Made by a program: the position numbers and the translations under genes
Notes under the pieces: model-generated
Seen by the model: the letters and a program-made list of their open reading frames with translations, nothing else
Databases searched by the model: none
Told to the model about the DNA's origin: nothing
Origin: Candidatus Fermentithermobacillaceae bacterium UBA3951
GTDB lineage: Bacteria; Bacillota; Sulfobacillia; Fermentithermobacillales; Fermentithermobacillaceae
Length of the DNA stretch: 41,562 nucleotides
Reading direction: 5' to 3'
Assembly (NCBI GenBank): GCA_002385465.1
Contig: DGDN01000029.1
Span: forward strand, 2,444-44,005
Part shown: in pieces, positions 35,382-41,562 of the stretch
Numbering within the stretch: position 1 is the stretch's first letter
Layout of the letters: every line of letters starts with the position of its first letter

Positions 35382-36581
35382 TTAGTGGCTGCAACCCCGG
35401 TTGGGGGGAACCCTTTCTGAAACCAGCTTGCCGTCTATGAAGACCTTCTCGGCAATGGCCATGGTGCAGAACGGGTGCTCGCTCCATACCACCACATCGG
35501 CGTCTTTACCGACCTCGATGCTCCCGAGCCTGTCCTCGAGGCCGATTATCTCGGCGGCGTTGATCGTGATGGCCTTCAAGGCCTCTACCGGACACATGCC
35601 TTCTTTGACGGCCAGCCCGGCGTGGAGGCCGAGCCACTTGGTGTTGCTTGAGGTATCGCACTGGATGGCGACTTTCACCCCGGCCTTCGCGAGGATGCCC
35701 GGATTCGCCAGCGAGGTGTCGATGATCTCCATCTTGCCGCGGGCCATGAGCAGGGGGCCTATGGTGGCACGGACTTTCTTCTCGGCCAAGATATCCGCGA
35801 TCTTGTACCCTTCCGTGCAGTGCTCAATTATATAGTCCAGGTTGAACTCCTCGGCAATCCTGATGGCGGTCATGATGTCGTCGGCCCTGTGCGCGTGGAT
35901 CCGGGCCTTCCATTCCCTCTTTAGGACCTTCGCCAGCGCCTCGAGCTTGAGGTCCCTATCCGGCGGGTTAGAGTTCTCACCCTTGTCTGCCTTGGCCTTG
36001 GCTCTTTCAACCTTGTCTATGTAGTTCTGGGCCTTCACAAGGGCTTCCCGCAAGACGGCCGCGTTGCCCATCCTGGTCTTGGGGGCCCTACGCTGGCCTT
36101 CTCCGTACACTCTCTTGGGGTTCTCGCCGAGGGCCATCTTCATTGCTTCGGTCCCGGGAATGACCATTTCTTCGGCGGTCCTGCCGCGGAGCTTCATGGC
36201 GAACCCGGTCCCGCCCACAAGGTTGGCGCTACCCGGGCCCGTATACACCGTGGTAACTCCCGCGCTAACTACATCGGGGATCGCCGGGTCCTGGGGGTTC
36301 AAAGAGTCGATTCCCCTGATATGAGCGGTGATTGGATCCGACGTTTCGTTTCCGTCTGCGTTGGCCCAGACCGACGGTTCTCCGAAAACTGCCAGGTGGC
36401 TGTGGGAGTCTATGAGTCCCGGTGTAACGACTTTCCCTGTAGCGTCGACTACTTCCGCACCTTCAGGAATCTGGACGTCTTTGCCTACGGCCTTGATCTT
36501 GCCGTCTTCGATAAGGATGACGCCGCCTTCGATAACGTCTCCGGTGACCGTGTAGATCTTTCCGCCCTTGATCGCCAGCAT
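35382..36581 (-). CDS. Amidohydrolase family metal-dependent hydrolase
   Basis: TPGLIDSHSH, KMALGENPK, HAHRADDI, IEHCTE, GSIEVGKDAD. AAAGGAG RBS. Confidence 0.93.
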   Translation of the reverse strand: MLAIKGGKIYTVTGDVIEGGVILIEDGKIKAVGKDVQIPEGAEVVDATGKVVTPGLIDSHSHLAVFGEPSVWANADGNETSDPITAHIRGIDSLNPQDPAIPDVVSAGVTTVYTGPGSANLVGGTGFAMKLRGRTAEEMVIPGTEAMKMALGENPKRVYGEGQRRAPKTRMGNAAVLREALVKAQNYIDKVERAKAKADKGENSNPPDRDLKLEALAKVLKREWKARIHAHRADDIMTAIRIAEEFNLDYIIEHCTEGYKIADILAEKKVRATIGPLLMARGKMEIIDTSLANPGILAKAGVKVAIQCDTSSNTKWLGLHAGLAVKEGMCPVEALKAITINAAEIIGLEDRLGSIEVGKDADVVVWSEHPFCTMAIAEKVFIDGKLVSERVPPNRGCSH

Positions 36582-36626
36582 GTCAGATCTCCTTTCTGAG
36601 CGTTGTTCGAATCCCGGTCCTACCCG

Positions 36627-36652
36627 ATTCGCTTCTACACCCGAAAGATCCT
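36627..36652 (-). promoter_or_regulatory. Sigma-H-like promoter of the amidohydrolase
   Basis: gcAGGAt-N17-GAAT (AGGA-N18-GAAT). Confidence 0.6.
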
Positions 36653-36705
36653 GCCTTCCGCCAAAGAGGTGTATAATGAGAAACAGTTCTTTGGGGAGTG
36701 AAGGT

Positions 36706-37614
36706 GTGACTCATTTGGCCATTTATGCCGTACTTCCCGCCCTCTTAATAGCCTTGGCCGGATACGTGGCGGGGAAAAAACTAGCGTTGGACAAGGGCAC
36801 TGTGTCAAAGATGTGTCTTTACGTCCTCTCGCCTGCCCTTACTTTCAACTCGCTGTCCACCTCGGAAGCCGACCTTTCGGCGGTGTGGAGATTGTCGGGC
36901 ATTAGTCTGGCTCTGCCTTTTGTCTTCACACTGGTGTTTTCCCTGGTGTTCAAGTTCGTCCGGTTTGAAAAGGCTACTTCCAGGGGCCTTCTCCTGGCTA
37001 CCATCTTCAGTAACGCCGGGAACTACGGCCTTCCCGTAAGTCTCTTTGCATTTGGGCAAGAAGGTATGGACTTCGCCACCGTGTTTTTCGTAGTCCAAGG
37101 CATACTCTTGGCGACCTATGGTGTATACGTTGCTGCCTCAACCAAGATGGACGCCAAGAAAGCCCTCATGACCGTGCTGAAGATGCCCGCGATGTATGCT
37201 GCGCTTTTCGGGATGGGCGTAAAGATCTTCGGGATACCGGTACCCCAGGTTATCGCTCGCCCCATTAGCCTCCTTGCAGGTGGAGGTATCGGCGTCTTCT
37301 TGTTCCTCCTCGGACTCCAGCTGGTAGGGACGAAAGGCGACTCCTCCCTGTGGAAGCCCGTCTTATTGACGGTAATCCTGAGACTCCTTGTGGCGCCGGT
37401 CGTTGCCGCAATCGCCGGCAACGTGTTTGGTTTGAGCGGCCTTCCATGGAAGATCCTGATCCTCCAATCCGCCATGCCGCCGGCCGTCAACTCGACTATT
37501 TTGGCACATGAATTCGATGCCAAACCCGACCTTGTGTCGTGTGCCACGTTGGTAGGAACGCTTTGCAGCACGGTGACTCTTGCAGCGTGGATAATGGCAC
37601 TCAACGCATTGTAG
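36706..37614 (+). CDS. AEC (auxin efflux carrier-like) family transporter
   Basis: PALTF, FSNAGNYGLP, QSAMPPAVN, about 10 TM helices. Start at GTG 36706 or TTG 36715; TATAAT at 36672-36677. Confidence 0.9.
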   Translation: MTHLAIYAVLPALLIALAGYVAGKKLALDKGTVSKMCLYVLSPALTFNSLSTSEADLSAVWRLSGISLALPFVFTLVFSLVFKFVRFEKATSRGLLLATIFSNAGNYGLPVSLFAFGQEGMDFATVFFVVQGILLATYGVYVAASTKMDAKKALMTVLKMPAMYAALFGMGVKIFGIPVPQVIARPISLLAGGGIGVFLFLLGLQLVGTKGDSSLWKPVLLTVILRLLVAPVVAAIAGNVFGLSGLPWKILILQSAMPPAVNSTILAHEFDAKPDLVSCATLVGTLCSTVTLAAWIMALNAL

Positions 37615-37712
37615 AATCTGTATGTATCAAGGGGACGATCCGGAGTCCGGCTTTCCGGGGCCGGGCAGGCAACCATGTATCATACGGCATTTGCCTCATG
37701 GAGGGATTCAAA

Positions 37713-38858
37713 ATGATGTCGAGCGACTTGCACAAAGAGATTCTAGAGAGCCTCAGGAACAAGCAAGAAGAAATGGTCGGTACTCTCGAGGAACTCACCA
37801 ATATTGATTCCCCAAGCACCGACAAAGCTCACATTGACCGCTTCTCCAATATGCTCGCCGAGAAGTGGAAGGAAACCGGAGCTTCGGTACATATCCTTGA
37901 GCAAAAGGAATATGGGAATCATGTGAGAGCCGAGTGGGGCAAAGGCGAAAGTCAGGTTCTAATTCTCTGCCACATGGACACGGTCTGGGCCGCAGGTGAA
38001 ACCGCAAAGCGCCCCTTTAGAGTGGAAAACGGAAAAGGATACGGCCCCGGGGCTTACGACATGAAAGGCGGCATCGTGGAAACCCTGTACGCGGTGAAAA
38101 CCCTGTCTGAACTCGGACTTGCCCCCAAGAACCGCATAGTGGTCCTCAACAATTCCGATGAAGAGATCGGATCGCCTTCATCGAGACCTTTGATTGAGGA
38201 AGAAGCCAAGAAATCCAAAGCGGTGCTGGTCTTGGAACCCTCCGCTCAAGGCGGATCTCTTAAGACGTGGCGCAAAGGCGTCGGCATGTTTGAGGTAGCC
38301 ATCCAGGGACGAGCCGCCCACGCCGGAGCGGACTACACAAGAGGCATATCCGCCGTCCAGGAAGCGGCCCACCAGATCCTCTACTTACACGGCCTCACCG
38401 ATCTGGATGAAGGCACGACCGTGAACGTAGGCATCGTCCAGGCGGGGACACGGAGCAACGTAGTTGCCGAAGAAGCGCACCTGCGAGTCGACCTCAGGGT
38501 AAAAACCCAGGAAGCCGCCGACTGGGTGCTTCCCAAAATACTCGGCCTTAAGCCGGTCGATCCAAGGGTCAACATAACGGTTACAGGCGGCCTCAACCGC
38601 CCTCCCATGGAGCGGAATCAGAAAAACCTGGCTTTGTTCCAGCTAGCCCGGGCCATCGGCCAGAACATGGGCATCGACCTCAGCGAATCGGGCACGGGCG
38701 GAGGTAGCGACGGTAACTTCACCTCGGCGCTTGGAATCCCAACCCTCGACGGGCTGGGCCCTGTTGGAGATGACGCACACTCGCCCGGCGAGTACGTGCT
38801 TCTCTCGAGCCTGCCTGAGAGAGCAGCAGTTCTTGCCGGGTTACTCATGGAGATCTAA
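37713..38858 (+). CDS. M20 family metallopeptidase (glutamate carboxypeptidase/CPG2-like)
   Basis: CHMDTV, DMKGG, SDEEIGS, LEP, AAHAG, GGGSDGN, DGLG..G..AH. ATG 37713 behind GGAGGG. Confidence 0.93.
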   Translation: MMSSDLHKEILESLRNKQEEMVGTLEELTNIDSPSTDKAHIDRFSNMLAEKWKETGASVHILEQKEYGNHVRAEWGKGESQVLILCHMDTVWAAGETAKRPFRVENGKGYGPGAYDMKGGIVETLYAVKTLSELGLAPKNRIVVLNNSDEEIGSPSSRPLIEEEAKKSKAVLVLEPSAQGGSLKTWRKGVGMFEVAIQGRAAHAGADYTRGISAVQEAAHQILYLHGLTDLDEGTTVNVGIVQAGTRSNVVAEEAHLRVDLRVKTQEAADWVLPKILGLKPVDPRVNITVTGGLNRPPMERNQKNLALFQLARAIGQNMGIDLSESGTGGGSDGNFTSALGIPTLDGLGPVGDDAHSPGEYVLLSSLPERAAVLAGLLMEI

Positions 38859-38893
38859 AGAGGGAAGTCGACGCTTGATACCTATGTGATACC

Positions 38894-38948
38894 GAAGAGC
38901 CCGGCGACCGCAGGTTCCTCCAGGGCCTGCCATCTGCCGGGCTCTTTT
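38894..38948. terminator. Long interrupted hairpin terminator after the M20 gene
   Basis: AAGAGCCCGGC / GCCGGGCTCTT outer stem, GCAGG/CCTGC inner stem, ending in a T run. Confidence 0.65.
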
Positions 38949-38958
38949 CTCGGAATAT

Positions 38959-39036
38959 CTATCTACCTGCCCATCTTACCTATTTGCCACCGCCCATCTA
39001 CCTCTTGCCTAGTCGCCCACTGCCTATCTACCTGCC
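38959..39036. repeat. Short degenerate direct repeats
   Basis: CTATCTACCTGCC at 38959-38971 and 39024-39036; GCCCATCT(T)ACCT..TTGCC at about 38969 and 38992. Confidence 0.5.
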
Positions 39037-39839
39037 AAAGCGATCATCGCCCGGAGGCCCTTGAACGCGGTCAGGTAGTCGTCTGCCGTGAAGGTAAGCG
39101 TCCGTCCATCGATCATCTCGGAGTAGGGCATGCGTGAGGCATTGCAGGCCTGCCCCGCGTCTTTGAACGCGATCTTGAACGTAACGGGCGATTCAGGGAG
39201 CCATGCCTTCGCCTCGCTCAAAGAGCTTAGCGCCCGGAACGTTTCCTCTTCGATCGTCTCGCGGGCTTTTTCAGGCGGCAAACACCGGGCCGCGGTGCGG
39301 GTAACGGCCCATTTTACGGTGGCAGTGTGTACGTGGGGCAAGAGGGCCTTGGCTTCCTTGGCGACAACGTCATCGCCTGAGACAAGGACAACCGGGACTC
39401 CGAAATACCCGGCCAGACCGGCGTTTATGCCCGTCTCCCCTACGGGGATGTCGTTCACCCAGACATCTGCCACACTGGCACCCGAGATTGTATGGCTGAG
39501 CACCCCGACTTCGCCCATCTTGGCGTGATAGCCCACAAATACGGCGGCGTCAAAGTCGCGGTCGATCCCCTGCATCATGGATAGCGGCTTAGGCGTACCC
39601 GTGATCAGCGTGGCCGCAGAATCCAGCTTTTCAATGAGTATGTTTGTCATCGGGCCGTGAGAATCGTTGACCACGATCTCGGTCGCCCCGGCCTTCAGGG
39701 CACCCCTTATGGCAGCGTTCACTTCGGCCGTCATGAGGTCCCGGGCACGCCCGTAGTCCCGTCCTTCGGGTGAGGTCTGGGGGGAAGCCACCACGACCCC
39801 TGAAACGCCTTCAATATCGCACGAGATGAATACCTTCAC
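39024..39839 (-). CDS. M55 family D-aminopeptidase (DppA-like)
   Basis: ISCDIEG, NDSHG, VGYHA, LSHT, GETGIN, SGDD. GTG 39839 behind GAGGAGG. Confidence 0.93.
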   Translation of the reverse strand: MKVFISCDIEGVSGVVVASPQTSPEGRDYGRARDLMTAEVNAAIRGALKAGATEIVVNDSHGPMTNILIEKLDSAATLITGTPKPLSMMQGIDRDFDAAVFVGYHAKMGEVGVLSHTISGASVADVWVNDIPVGETGINAGLAGYFGVPVVLVSGDDVVAKEAKALLPHVHTATVKWAVTRTAARCLPPEKARETIEEETFRALSSLSEAKAWLPESPVTFKIAFKDAGQACNASRMPYSEMIDGRTLTFTADDYLTAFKGLRAMIALAGR

Positions 39840-39874
39840 CTTTAACCCTCCTCGCAAGTGGTTATGCTAGTTGG

Positions 39875-39899
39875 CTTCGCTTAGGCGATGCCAAATCCT
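39875..39899 (-). promoter_or_regulatory. Sigma-H-like promoter of the M55 peptidase
   Basis: ggAGGAttt-N14-GAAG (AGGA-N17-GAAG). Confidence 0.45.
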
Positions 39900-39998
39900 C
39901 CGCGTGAGACGGAGTTGCGGAGACCTTGGAGAAGAATACGTGACAGACGGAGATATCCAACGAGAGGAAGACGTGACACTACGGATATCCCGGTGAAG

Positions 39999-40024
39999 AG
40001 GTAAAGAGATTTCGTCCAGAGAAT
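39999..40024 (+). promoter_or_regulatory. Sigma-H-like promoter of niaR
   Basis: AGGTaaa-N15-GAAT (AGGT-N18-GAAT), just upstream of the GGAGG RBS. Confidence 0.5.
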
Positions 40025-40045
40025 ACCCCACCGGAGGCGGTTACT

Positions 40046-40561
40046 GTGAACGCAGAGTCAAGGCGTGCCCGGATCCTTTCGATCCTCAGGGAAGAGTCGC
40101 CGGTCACCGGCTCCTCCCTTGCTGCGCGCCTCGGGGTAACCCGGCAAGTGATCGTGCAAGACATTACGATCCTGCGGGCTCAGGGCGAGAGGATAATCGC
40201 TACACCCCGGGGATATACGATGCTGGATGAATCGAGCCCTCCGGGCGTCACAAAATTGGTCGCCGTCCGCCATTCGCCGGAGGAGACCGCCGCAGAACTA
40301 TATGCCATGGTCGACGCCGGAGCCGAAGTGCTGGACGTAATCGTTGACCATCCCATCTACGGCCAGCTCACGGGGCAGCTTTCTCTCACCTGCCGGCGAG
40401 ATGTAGACCTCTTTCTCAAGGCCCTGGCGACCACAAAGGCAGGGCTCCTCTCTTCATTGACCGGAGGAATCCACTTGCACACAGTAAGGGCCAAAGACGC
40501 TTCCGTGATCCAGGCGGTGGAGAGATCTCTCGCCTCGAAAGGTTTCCTGCTTCCCGAATGA
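40046..40561 (+). CDS. niaR: NiaR/YrxA-type transcription repressor (HTH + 3H domain)
   Basis: LGVTRQVIVQDITILRA, ATPRGY, VRH, HPIYG, LTGGIHLHT. Confidence 0.9.
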   Translation: MNAESRRARILSILREESPVTGSSLAARLGVTRQVIVQDITILRAQGERIIATPRGYTMLDESSPPGVTKLVAVRHSPEETAAELYAMVDAGAEVLDVIVDHPIYGQLTGQLSLTCRRDVDLFLKALATTKAGLLSSLTGGIHLHTVRAKDASVIQAVERSLASKGFLLPE

Positions 40562-40672
40562 TTCACTTTCAAGTCCCACCGAGAGGCTCTTAAGGATTAT
40601 CTTCCCAGGCCAGATCTCCGGTAAGGGCTTTGCAACCAGGCTCTCAAGCAGCAGTTTTCCACTAACTCCCTA

Positions 40673-40701
40673 ATGAACCGCTTGTCCGACCGTGTTAGGA
40701 T
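40673..40701 (+). promoter_or_regulatory. Sigma-A-like extended -10 promoter upstream of the riboswitch
   Basis: ATGAAC-N17-TAGGAT with a TG extension, about 12 nt before the aptamer. Confidence 0.4.
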
Positions 40702-40712
40702 CTTCTGAGTCA

Positions 40713-40837
40713 GAGGCCTAATCTCGCAAAGGGCGAGACCGGGGGAATACGTTTTGGGGTGAATCTCTCCCGATGGGAGAGTAGGGCATCCCTTTCACCG
40801 AACCCGTCAGCTAACCTCGGAGGCCATGAAAGGGGAG
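40713..40837 (+). ncRNA. Cyclic di-AMP (ydaO/yuaA) riboswitch
   Basis: Conserved blocks in order: AATC, CGGGGGAA, TTGGGGTGAATC, GTAGGG, CCGAACCCGTCAGCTAACCTCGGAGGC. Loop CCCTTTCA (40790-40797) is complementary to TGAAAGGG (40827-40834) at the RBS. Confidence 0.92.
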
Positions 40838-40843
40838 ACGCAT

Positions 40844-41317
40844 ATGATGATCGACATCAGAAAGCGTTCTTTGTCTTTGTTGACCGTAGGTCTGGCATTG
40901 GTGATCGTGCTGGCAACAGCACCGGGAATTGCCCGGGCCTACAGCCCGTCGCATAAGGGATACAACCAGGCCGAGCTCGACCTTCTGGCAAGAGTAGTCC
41001 ACGGCGAAGCGGCGGGAGAGCCCTTCGTGGGCAAGGTAGCCGTCGCGGCAGTCGTGCTCAATAGGGTAGACAGCCCGCTGTTCCCGGACACCATTGCCGG
41101 AGTCATCTACGAGCCCTGGCAGTTCTCATGCGTCGGCAACTGGCTGTTCAACTCAACGCCTTCAGCCGACAGCTACAACGCGGCAAGGGCTGCCTTGCAC
41201 GGTTGGGACCCGACGAACGGCGCGCTTTTCTACTTCAGCTACCACTTGGTTACAAACCCGTGGTTGTGGGCAAAGCCGCACGCAATAACCATTGGCAACC
41301 ACTACTTCACTTACTAA
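40844..41317 (+). CDS. Secreted cell wall hydrolase (Hydrolase_2, SleB/CwlJ-like catalytic domain)
   Basis: Signal peptide, then LLARVVHGEAAGEP, AVAAVVLNRV, FPDTIAGVIY, QFS, GWDPTNGALFY, IGNHYF. ATG 40844 behind AAAGGGGAG. Confidence 0.93.
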   Translation: MMIDIRKRSLSLLTVGLALVIVLATAPGIARAYSPSHKGYNQAELDLLARVVHGEAAGEPFVGKVAVAAVVLNRVDSPLFPDTIAGVIYEPWQFSCVGNWLFNSTPSADSYNAARAALHGWDPTNGALFYFSYHLVTNPWLWAKPHAITIGNHYFTY

Positions 41318-41388
41318 GTGTTGGATAACCACGCGATGACCACGCACCTTACGAAGCACTGAGCCCGGCGCCAGCCGGAAACAGACAC

Positions 41389-41416
41389 GAGGCCCCGGAA
41401 AGACCGGGGCCTCTTC
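41389..41416 (+). terminator. Intrinsic terminator candidate
   Basis: 10-bp stem GAGGCCCCGG / CCGGGGCCTC after the hydrolase gene. Confidence 0.7.
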
Positions 41417-41462
41417 CTATCTTCAAGCATCGTTACCAATGTATCACCGTAGGAGTGGCAGT

Positions 41463-41562
41463 ATGAATTGCGCGCGACTGCGCCTACCGCGAACGCTGAG
41501 AGAATGCACCGATGGGCCGCTCCGGGGAGGCATCATGCATTTTCCGTGCCGTTTGCAGTTGC
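41463..41562 (+). CDS. Possible start of a CDS truncated by the window end
   Basis: AGGAG + ATG 41463 and GGGGAGG + in-frame ATG 41535; the frame stays open to the window end; no recognisable domain. Confidence 0.25.
   Translation, partial: MNCARLRLPRTLRECTDGPLRGGIMHFPCRLQL

Noticed and set aside
35355-35390. c-di-GMP-I-like words GAAA...GACGCAAAGC
   Set aside because: Lacks a proper P2 stem and the P3/CTAA element, and lies after a terminator between convergent genes with nothing to regulate.
38959-39036. CRISPR-like array
   Set aside because: Repeats are short, degenerate and irregularly spaced, with no cas genes in the window.
39940-39996. 18-aa ORF MTDGDIQREEDVTLRISR upstream of niaR
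   Set aside because: Only a 4-nt GGAG RBS, no dedicated promoter or terminator seen; too weak to call.

Overview
A GC-rich chromosomal segment from a Bacillota (Firmicutes)-type bacterium, probably an endospore former (inferred from the SleB/CwlJ-type hydrolase, a YjcZ-type peptide and sigma-H/sigma-K-like promoters). I found no mobile element, CRISPR array, rRNA or tRNA. The left part (minus strand) is the conserved block murJ - S9 peptidase - DUF559 - lapA - recJ - apt - relA - dtd - MBL hydrolase - hisS - aspS, followed by an ECF sigma / zinc anti-sigma pair. The middle holds a heterodimeric ABC exporter with a structured leader, a PRTase-HD operon, typA, a Zn-phospholipase C domain protein, a 945-aa PEGA/repeat membrane protein, ybjQ, a crotonase, a flavin reductase and a MATE pump. 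The right part holds a divergent class II aldolase, a lipid kinase, several signal-peptide-less metallopeptidases (M14, amidohydrolase, M20, M55), an 8-oxoG glycosylase, an AEC transporter, niaR and a c-di-AMP riboswitch-controlled cell wall hydrolase. The most notable non-annotated signals are: (1) a complete mini transcription unit at 20873-21018 (sigma-H-like promoter, AAAGGAGGTG RBS, 19-aa ORF MSSSRRLLGASNPSGRTAG, hairpin), back-to-back with the PRTase-HD promoter; (2) AGGA/T-N17-18-GAAT-type promoters in front of 7-8 genes; (3) an ECF-type promoter starting right after the ECF sigma stop codon; (4) a uORF/hairpin leader on the ABC exporter. All calls are from motif reading by eye; no database searches were run.
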